Below are positions 56,805 through 64,000 of a DNA stretch of 64,000 bases, in pieces. The notes under the pieces are model-generated. The model ran no database searches and was not told the origin of the DNA. It saw nothing but the letters and a program-made list of their open reading frames with translations. Origin of the DNA: a candidate division FCPU426 bacterium (lineage in GTDB: Bacteria > Oederibacteriota > Muellerivitia > Muellerivitales > Muellerivitaceae); the NCBI GenBank assembly GCA_963796105.1, contig CAWCKJ010000004.1:992001-1056000 (forward strand). Direction: 5' to 3'. Position 1 is the stretch's first letter, and every line of letters starts with the position of its first letter. The translations under genes and the position numbers were made by a program.

Positions 56805-59021
56805 ATGACGAAGAAAATTAGGGTGAGAGAAATACTGATGGGATTGGCGGCGGCGCTTCTGGCCTCGACCGCTTTCGCAGATGAGGTCTGGACGGGAGAA
56901 CTTCTGCAGGGCTTCCAAGCCAATCTCCAGACCACTTCGCAGGCGAAATACCAGGAATATTTGTCCCGGCCTGACGGCGCGGTGATGAACGGAAATCTCG
57001 AGTATGACGGGAGCGAGGGAATCCTCGACCTGGGGTTGAGCGACATGGGAGGATTCAACCGGAAAGCCGACCTGGGTTTGGAATACGAGAAGAACTTGAC
57101 GATCGACGTCAATTTTGAGCAGTTCCAGCACTTATATTCCAACACCGCCAATACCATCTATTCCAATCCATCACCGGATCTTTACCTTCTGCCTGGTTCC
57201 CTGCAATTGGCCAACCAGGGACAGTCGAGCGCCTTGGTCTATCAAAACCTTTTGAACCAGGAAAATAATTACGCGAGACCCCTCACCGTGGGTTTACAGG
57301 ATTCCATCATGGGAGCGGAGGCGCGCTATCAGGTCAGTCCCGAGTTGGAATTACAGGTGGGAGGGAACCAGAAATGGCGCGACGGCAGCCGGCCACTCGG
57401 CTTGATCGGGTCCAGCACCGTCGAGCTTCCGGAACAGTTGAACCAAACCACCACGAACGGGGATGTGAAGGCTGAGTACGACGGGAAAAATTTCGCCATT
57501 CGGGCCGGCTATGAGCTCTCCTATTTCGACAACAGCCTGCCCAGCATGATTTGGTCCAACCCGACTATTTACCAGAGCATCCCCAACAATTCCAGCCTCA
57601 ATCAATACGCGCTGGATCCCAGCAACCAACTCCACCGTTTTAGTTTTTCCGCTGAGACCGACTGCCTGCCCGAGACGCGTATCGCGGCGGACGTGGCCTT
57701 GGGTTATGAGACCCAAAACCAAGCCTTCCTGCCCTATACCATCAATCCTTATGATACGGTTGGTACCGGTGGTCCCGCCGCCAATCTCGTTTCCAGCCTG
57801 CCTGCAACTTCCTTGAACGGCATGATCCAGACTTTCACCCAGAATTACGTGGTTACGTCGAGACCTTGGAGCAATTTCGTGATCACGGCGAGGTACAAAG
57901 ATTATCAATTGGCTGATATGAATCCCAATATTCTTTTTCCCGGCTATGTGAGCCACGATGGGAGCTGGGGTGCGGGAAATATCCTGAATGATAATTACAG
58001 CACTATCAATCAGAGCCTGGGCGGGAGCGCCAATTGGACTCTTCTGAGGGGCTTGTCAGTCAACGGCGGTTACTCCAGCAACTGGATGAATCTAACCGAC
58101 AGGGAAGTAACCGCGACCCATGAGGACGCCTGGAAATGGGGGCTGGACCTTAAACCCCTCCGGGGAGTTGACCTGAAAGGCGAATATACCTGGACCCAAA
58201 GGGTGGCCAGCCAAGACGGCTACATCTCGGACGATTATCTCCAAAACGTGGGTTCGCCCGCCGAGTACGGCGAGGCAGTCAATCCGGGGCTCCGCCGTTA
58301 CGATGTTGCGGACCGCCAGGTTCAAAACATAACGAGTAAAGCCACCTTGACGGTCCTCAAAAACGTCTGGTTCGCCTGCTCCTGGACCACCGGGTATGAG
58401 TATTTCAATCCTGGTTCCGAGAGTTTGAATGACGGCGTGACCGCCAATGAAAACCAACAGTACGGCCTCTTGAGCGACAACCATGATTTCCTGACCTTTA
58501 CCGCCCATTGGCAGCCCCTGGACGGCGTGGAATTGACAGGAACGGTGGACCAGCAGGTTTATAATTACGTGCAGGAGGGAACTACTGCCTCGGCTTCGGT
58601 ACAGGGTTATTTCTCGGACTGGGTTCTGAACCAGCAGGAGAGCACCACTTATTTGACTTTCGGCGGTGACTTCCAATTAAGTCCAAAAGTGCAGATGGAC
58701 GCGAATTGGACCCTGACCAATTCCCAGGGCATTTTCAACGTGGTGGAATGGAATTCCGCGACCCAAAACAACAATCTTCCGAACACCACGTATTGGATGG
58801 AAGACTATGTTTTTGGCATCACCTACCACATCAACGACACCTGGAGCTTAAGGGGATCCTATCTTGTTGAGATCTATAACGAAAATGACCCTCTAAACGA
58901 CGGGCTTAATAATGTTCAAATCAATCCCGCGACGGGAGGCTTAGACGCCTTGTTCTTGGGAGGTGCCAACGCCCCTTACACCGCCCAAATGATGACTGTC
59001 GCTTTGAACGCCAAGATATAA
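56805..59021 (+). CDS. mtrB: Outer-membrane porin, MtrB/PioB family
   Basis: Directly after the decaheme gene; signal peptide; AKYQEY, ELPE......T, Y.LS.FDN....W.NP, PSNQ.H, QNQ.FLPYTIN, LRRYDVADR. Confidence 0.9.
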   Translation: MTKKIRVREILMGLAAALLASTAFADEVWTGELLQGFQANLQTTSQAKYQEYLSRPDGAVMNGNLEYDGSEGILDLGLSDMGGFNRKADLGLEYEKNLTIDVNFEQFQHLYSNTANTIYSNPSPDLYLLPGSLQLANQGQSSALVYQNLLNQENNYARPLTVGLQDSIMGAEARYQVSPELELQVGGNQKWRDGSRPLGLIGSSTVELPEQLNQTTTNGDVKAEYDGKNFAIRAGYELSYFDNSLPSMIWSNPTIYQSIPNNSSLNQYALDPSNQLHRFSFSAETDCLPETRIAADVALGYETQNQAFLPYTINPYDTVGTGGPAANLVSSLPATSLNGMIQTFTQNYVVTSRPWSNFVITARYKDYQLADMNPNILFPGYVSHDGSWGAGNILNDNYSTINQSLGGSANWTLLRGLSVNGGYSSNWMNLTDREVTATHEDAWKWGLDLKPLRGVDLKGEYTWTQRVASQDGYISDDYLQNVGSPAEYGEAVNPGLRRYDVADRQVQNITSKATLTVLKNVWFACSWTTGYEYFNPGSESLNDGVTANENQQYGLLSDNHDFLTFTAHWQPLDGVELTGTVDQQVYNYVQEGTTASASVQGYFSDWVLNQQESTTYLTFGGDFQLSPKVQMDANWTLTNSQGIFNVVEWNSATQNNNLPNTTYWMEDYVFGITYHINDTWSLRGSYLVEIYNENDPLNDGLNNVQINPATGGLDALFLGGANAPYTAQMMTVALNAKI

Positions 59022-59169
59022 CTCTTCCCGGGGTGATGGGCGGAGGGATGTTGAAAGAAAATGACGAGGGATAAAGCGAATTCAAAAAGCGGGCCGAGGT
59101 TAGCCGGTATCGACGGCTTGGAACACAAAAGAGAAGTGAGAAATTAAATCAAGTGATTGGGAGGGTTTC

Positions 59170-59892
59170 ATGAAATTTCAAAATGTAGTCTTGGCGGTTA
59201 CGTTGTTCGCGGCTCCGCTCTTGATCCTGCCGGCCTGTCAGAGCGTTAATAAAAGCCCGACGGCGGCCGCGGTTCAAATCCCCACTCCGACGCCATTGAC
59301 CCTGCCTTTGGCATGGAATTGGGATGTCGCTCCGACGCCCGGAGCCACGGGGGCCAATTACGACGCGGCGGCGACATGGTTCACCTCAGGGTTCAGTACG
59401 GGAGTCACCACAGCGCCATCCACGAAAGCGGCGGTCGCCGCCAAGGGCTACAGCGCCAGCGCATCCTGTTACGGCGGTCCCGTGGATTTTGTCAACGTCG
59501 GCCAGTACGGTTTGTATTCCTTTACCTTCCCCGGCGCGGTGAATTTGTCCAACGCCTCGACCTTGAGCATGGCCGTCTCTATCGCAAAGGCTATGGCGGG
59601 CACAGGCGGTTCTTCCTTCATTCAATTGAACCTCATGAGCGGGAACAACAGCCTGCAATCCAAGGTGATTCCCAACCCCACCCCGGGGGCCTGGGTCACT
59701 TATGGTATGCCCATTTCCAGCTACGCGCCGAATAATCTCGCGAGTGTCCAGCAGATCAGCCTCCAGTTCGGGGATGGTCCGGTTTCCGGCACAGGGCCGG
59801 TCACCCAGCCGACCCCCGCTAGCACACCCGTAACCCTTAACGCTTTTCCGATTACGACCAAGATCTACATCGACGCGGTTACCATCCAATAA
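59170..59892 (+). CDS. Heme-less lipoprotein with PT linker and a beta-rich (CBM-like) domain
   Basis: Lipobox LPAC, PTPTP, NLS....LS..V, W..Y..PIS.Y, L..V.QI.LQ, IYIDAVTIQ; no CxxCH. Confidence 0.7.
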   Translation: MKFQNVVLAVTLFAAPLLILPACQSVNKSPTAAAVQIPTPTPLTLPLAWNWDVAPTPGATGANYDAAATWFTSGFSTGVTTAPSTKAAVAAKGYSASASCYGGPVDFVNVGQYGLYSFTFPGAVNLSNASTLSMAVSIAKAMAGTGGSSFIQLNLMSGNNSLQSKVIPNPTPGAWVTYGMPISSYAPNNLASVQQISLQFGDGPVSGTGPVTQPTPASTPVTLNAFPITTKIYIDAVTIQ

Positions 59893-59905
59893 CTTAAGCG
59901 GGTTT

Positions 59906-59947
59906 AAAAGGCTCTTCCTTTCAGGGGGGAAGAGCCTTTTTTATTTT
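59906..59947. terminator. Intrinsic terminator
   Basis: AAAAGGCTCTTCC...GGAAGAGCCTTTTTT. Confidence 0.85.
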
Positions 59948-60064
59948 CAGGCATGATGATCTTAGGGAAATGGCTAGGGTGGGAGCTTCGTCAGGAAGGG
60001 ACATCCATCCGGCCCGCATGGGACAGGCACATAGCCGCCAAGTTCCACGGGCCCCGAATAAATC

Positions 60065-61468
60065 TTAAGCTTGGGAAACATCCCTCAATATGGGTTTCTT
60101 GAACCAGAACATAAAGGCAATTCCCGCCACAAGGATCACCGAACCCAAGTACTTCAGCCAAACCCCCGGGTCTCGGGCCACGGATAAAACGGAAAGGTAG
60201 CCCCCGTTCTCCATGGCCTGGTAACTGGCCTGGTAGAAAACATAGCCCCCGTAATCCAGGGGATGGTTCATCTGAATCGTGACGGATTCCCCGGCCCCCC
60301 CATTTTCCGGCTCCACGCGGACCTGACTTTCAAATGAGGCGGGCTGGGTGGTTCCAGGATTCATCCCGATGTGAAATTTCTCCAGTTTCAACGCGAAGGG
60401 AAGCTTCAGCTCTTTTTCCCCATAGGCCAATGAATAGAAATGCCCTCCCAAGTGGATGGTGGAGCTTCCGTCGTACCCCAGCCAGCCTTCCTTCAATCCC
60501 GCCGAGGAACCTAAGCGGTAATGGAGCGCCGGTTGGGGCGTTCCCTGGCGCGCGAGGGGCGCTGGTTCATAAACGGTTTCCGGCAGGGCTTGGGGGAAAA
60601 AGTCCAGCAGGCTGAAGGTCATGTTCGCCCAGCCTGTGTCCTGCTTTTGACCGGGGTTCAGGCCTTTGACCTCCCCCCAATCGCCCTTGTGGCGGATTCG
60701 GAAGGAGAGTTTTCCGGCGTCATCCAAAAGCAGGGCCAGGATATTCGGGCCCAGCCCCTCCAGATTGGCGGGGTTCCAATGGGAAGCCCTTTGCAGGACC
60801 ACCGCCGCCGGCCCCAGAAGGAGCCGGTCCATTTCCGGGTGCCCCAGGAACAGCCAGAAATCCTGGGTTCCCATGGAGCCTTCCAGTTTTAAATGCAGGG
60901 CCGGCAAACCGGCTCCTTCCCCCGTCCCGACGGGTATTCCCCTCATGACGCGGCCGGCATTGGGGTAAAAGCGGTCCAGGGCCACGGTGACCCCTTCCTG
61001 GGGGGAGAAAACATAGGGATGATCCGGCGAGGGTTTGAGCCAGGGAAACGACAAGGGTTTCGCCTGGTAGGACGCTTCCCCCTCCTGGAAATAGAATGTC
61101 GGATGGTTTTCAAGGATTTCGGAGCTTGGCACCCCCTCGGCGAGGGAAATCCTGGCGTCCACCCCGAAGGATCGGGTCGCCCAGGCGCCAGCCAGGATGG
61201 ACAAAATACCAAGGTGCGCCAGAACAAAACCAGTCTGGTGTTTTTTCCAGGGAAAGCGGACAAAGGCCGAGGCCAGGACATTGAGGGCCAGGAAAACAAA
61301 CAATAGGCTGAACCAAGGGGAATTGTAAATCAGGGAGCGGGCGGTCTCGGTGGAGTAGACCGATTCCATGGTGGTGGCCACGATCAAGGCCGCGATCAGC
61401 ACGACGATGAGGATCACGGCCAGCTTGAGGGAGGCCAAAAACTTGATCAACCCGTTGCTTGCCCTCAT
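60065..61468 (-). CDS. Cytochrome c biogenesis protein, ResB/Ccs1-like (paralog 2)
   Basis: FLASLKLAV, RFPWKKHQTGFVLAHLG, LPF.L.L.KF, ASFES.V, I.MNHPL.YGGY.FYQASY, RDPG..LKY.G. Confidence 0.85.
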   Translation of the reverse strand: MRASNGLIKFLASLKLAVILIVVLIAALIVATTMESVYSTETARSLIYNSPWFSLLFVFLALNVLASAFVRFPWKKHQTGFVLAHLGILSILAGAWATRSFGVDARISLAEGVPSSEILENHPTFYFQEGEASYQAKPLSFPWLKPSPDHPYVFSPQEGVTVALDRFYPNAGRVMRGIPVGTGEGAGLPALHLKLEGSMGTQDFWLFLGHPEMDRLLLGPAAVVLQRASHWNPANLEGLGPNILALLLDDAGKLSFRIRHKGDWGEVKGLNPGQKQDTGWANMTFSLLDFFPQALPETVYEPAPLARQGTPQPALHYRLGSSAGLKEGWLGYDGSSTIHLGGHFYSLAYGEKELKLPFALKLEKFHIGMNPGTTQPASFESQVRVEPENGGAGESVTIQMNHPLDYGGYVFYQASYQAMENGGYLSVLSVARDPGVWLKYLGSVILVAGIAFMFWFKKPILRDVSQA

Positions 61469-61584
61469 TTGAAAAACCCCCGTGAATTTTACCAATGATC
61501 CGAAGCCCTGCCCCGCATTTCGGACTGACATCCCATGACGACGGGATGACTAAAAGACCTGCCTGGTTGGAAGCTTTATGGAGT

Positions 61585-63219
61585 CTAGGCCCCTTTTTTC
61601 GACCTGAAACCTACGAATAGGACCAGGATGAGCTCGCAAACAACAAAGGTGACGACGTAGGGCAGACCGCCCTTGGAAAAGCCGTAGCTGTGGAGGCCCA
61701 CGCCGAGGATGAAATTCACCCCGTACCAGGCCATCAAAACCCCCAGGAAGGCCGCCACGACGCTGATGGTGAATCCCAAGTCCCGGAGCCATCCCGCCAA
61801 ACGCCCGTGCAGAACAGCCACGTACCCCAAAAGCGCGATCAGGGCCCAGGTCTCCTTGGGGTCCCATCCCCAGAATCTTCCCCATGAATAATTGGCCCAC
61901 ACGCCGCCCAGGATGGTTCCTGCCGCCAATAGCACGACCCCCACCTGCACCACGCGGTAAAGGAGCTTGGTCTGCTTTTGGATCTTTTCCTTCTCGTCCC
62001 CGTGCTTCCAAAGGGTCCAAAGGCACAGGTGGCCGATGCCCAGTGAAAGCAAAAAGGCCGCGTAGCTCAAGGTGATGGTGAGGACATGGATGGTCAGCCA
62101 GAAATTACTGCGCAAGACGGGCTCCAGGGGCTGGATGGAGGAATCCAGGATAGTGGGGACGTTGTCGGCGAGAACGAAGCCGATCACCGCCAGGACGGAG
62201 CCTGCCGTGGCGAACTGGCGGTTCTTGAAGATGAGCTCGAAAATCCAGGCGAAGAATGTCATGCCGAATGTGACCCAGATGAGCGACTCGTACATGTTGG
62301 AAACGGGCGGCCTGCCGGCGATGAGGCACCTGAGGAGGAAGCCGTAGGCGCTGATCAGGATCCCGGCGGAGAAAAGCAGGAAACCCGGCCTGAAAAGTTT
62401 CGGCAGATTCAGGAGGACCGAAAGCCCCATTAATAGGAAGGCTCCCAGGTGGATCATCCAGGCCAGCCGAAAGGGCTTGAGGGAATTGTATTGGACCTCA
62501 AGTGAGATTTTGGAGGGATCGGCGTAATCCTTGCCTCCGATCCCTTTCAATATTTGGCGGAAATTTTCCGAATCGCGCGAGAAAGCCTGGGCATCCTGGC
62601 GGTCATAACTTTGAAGAAGGGAGGCGAAAGTCAGGAGGATTTCTCTTGTGGACTCAGGCATGGTTTGGGCGTCTTGCTGATGGGCTTTTTGCAGGATCTC
62701 CAGGGAAGCCCACTGTTGGGTATTGGGGTTTGGCACTGGGATGAGGTTGAGGGATTCCCCTGACTCAAGGTCCTCCAGTTTTTGCAAGCGCGCGAAAACC
62801 TCCAGCGACTCCTGCTCCATAGGATTCAGGGCCAGTTTTTTCTGCTGTTTATCGTAACTGCCCCTGGCCAGGGTCATGTAAGCCTCATCGGAACTTAAAA
62901 GTTTGGGCGAGACTCGTTTTTGCTCCTTGGGAACCCTCAAAAAGGCGCGAAGGTCCAGATTCTCCACCAGGATAAAATCTTTGGCGTCCCAAGGCTGCGG
63001 ATGGGAAAGCCAATCCCAAATGAGGTCCAAGGACTGGCGGTTCTCGAAGGATTCCCGGCCCGTGATAAACCGGACGGTTTCCCTGGCGAAGGTATCCAGG
63101 GGTTTCACCCTTCCGCCTTCCTGGATGGGGATGAGGGATAGGTCCTTGAAATCCAATTCCCCCGCGAAAAGGGGAGCCGAAATCACGAATAACATCGCCA
63201 GAAAAATTTTAATTTTCAT
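61585..63219 (-). CDS. ccsA: Cytochrome c synthase CcsA/ResC
   Basis: GRVKPLDT, PVSNMYES, L.PVLRS.FWL.IHV, LGGVWANYSWGRFWGWDPKETW (WWD domain), GLHSY. Confidence 0.93.
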   Translation of the reverse strand: MKIKIFLAMLFVISAPLFAGELDFKDLSLIPIQEGGRVKPLDTFARETVRFITGRESFENRQSLDLIWDWLSHPQPWDAKDFILVENLDLRAFLRVPKEQKRVSPKLLSSDEAYMTLARGSYDKQQKKLALNPMEQESLEVFARLQKLEDLESGESLNLIPVPNPNTQQWASLEILQKAHQQDAQTMPESTREILLTFASLLQSYDRQDAQAFSRDSENFRQILKGIGGKDYADPSKISLEVQYNSLKPFRLAWMIHLGAFLLMGLSVLLNLPKLFRPGFLLFSAGILISAYGFLLRCLIAGRPPVSNMYESLIWVTFGMTFFAWIFELIFKNRQFATAGSVLAVIGFVLADNVPTILDSSIQPLEPVLRSNFWLTIHVLTITLSYAAFLLSLGIGHLCLWTLWKHGDEKEKIQKQTKLLYRVVQVGVVLLAAGTILGGVWANYSWGRFWGWDPKETWALIALLGYVAVLHGRLAGWLRDLGFTISVVAAFLGVLMAWYGVNFILGVGLHSYGFSKGGLPYVVTFVVCELILVLFVGFRSKKGA

Positions 63220-63355
63220 CTTTTCAATCTTTCCATGTTTCGGGATGACCGGTCCACGTACCGGTGTTCTTTCAAAAATGAATTGTGGTATTTTAAGGTT
63301 TTTCCCCCTCGAAAGCGGCTAAAAATAGAAATAAAAGGAGGGAGTCCGCGCCAGT

Positions 63356-63556
63356 TCATCGTTTTTTTCGAGGGCTGAAGGGTTTTCGGGATTTCGAGGT
63401 TACCTTTTGGTAACTTTCTTCCTGGATCGGCGGGTCATCTCCTGAGAACCGGACCTTTCCCCGGAGCACGCATCCTTTTTTGCCGGGTTTGCAACCGCTC
63501 TTCACCCGGCTGCATTGGTAATCACCGACTTGGTAAGGGCAGGACCAGCCTGACAT
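63356..63556 (-). CDS. Small four-Cys protein
   Basis: AAGGAG RBS; MSGWSCPY......C......CKPGKKGCVL.G. Confidence 0.65.
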   Translation of the reverse strand: MSGWSCPYQVGDYQCSRVKSGCKPGKKGCVLRGKVRFSGDDPPIQEESYQKVTSKSRKPFSPRKKR

Positions 63557-63841
63557 GGAACTCCTTTTTAACCATTTTCTGGAAAAAACCTCCGGGGAAG
63601 ATCGGAGATGGATTGATCAGCGACCCGAAGCCCTGCCCTACGTTGCGGAGGGCCGTTCCTTGACGCAGCTTAATTTGAATATAGGGCTGAATTCAAGCGA
63701 GAGTCAACGCAATGAGCCGGTTCTTAAGGCGAAAGACCCGGCTCGGTCCGATAAAAAGCGGTCTTTTTTTTCAAAATCGCGATTGGGTTGGATTAAAATC
63801 AACGGACCCAATAAGGGGAATGAAGGAGAGAGAATTGCCCA

Positions 63842-64000
63842 GGAAAAAAAATGAGGCTGCCACTGCAGGGCCTCCCGCAAGCCGTTACTCGGATCTATTC
63901 GAAAATGCGCAGGTCCCTTCCCTGGGAACCGATCCCGCTCAGGGGGCGGCTCATACCGCTTCACCCTGGAGTTTTGTTTATCATCATCTCGCTTCCTTGA
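63842..64000 (-). ncRNA. Possible 3' portion of 6S RNA followed by a terminator
   Basis: Minus strand ...CGCCCCCTGA...GGTTC...AACGGCTTGCGGGAG, then a GAGG..CTGC/GCAG-CCTC hairpin and T tract; the 5' end lies outside the window. Confidence 0.35.

Overview
Bacterial chromosomal window from a diderm organism (outer-membrane beta-barrels, lipoproteins). The Pro/Thr-stalk proteins with FlgD/CTD-like ends suggest a poorly characterised lineage; this is inference only. The left part holds housekeeping and accessory genes: a YefM antitoxin with a frameshifted YoeB toxin, an AGE-family isomerase, a PII protein lacking Tyr51 next to glnE, an ABC-F protein, a truncated Fur/PerR gene upstream of a peroxiredoxin, and glycosyltransferases. 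Two tRNA-Ser genes are trailed by structured, tRNA-like repeats. There is an IS4 element, a 1955-aa Pro/Thr-repeat surface protein, and two different IS1595 (ISSod11-group) elements stacked on one 8-bp target. The right ~20 kb (44-63.6 kb) is the main system, an apparently self-contained extracellular electron transfer island. It encodes an MtrA/MtrB-type porin-decaheme conduit followed by a heme-less lipoprotein, a tetraheme-c/4Fe-4S/NrfD quinone module, a low-potential Rieske plus cytochrome b fused to two c-type domains, two paralogous monoheme cytochromes, TatA/TatC, two ResB-like genes and one CcsA, and a radical SAM/SPASM enzyme. Its promoters share ATGA-N6-TCAT and GTTAC-N5-GTAAC boxes, and one Crp/Fnr-type box sits in class II geometry in front of an unannotated ~115-nt structured small RNA. 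All calls come from reading motifs; no database searches were run.
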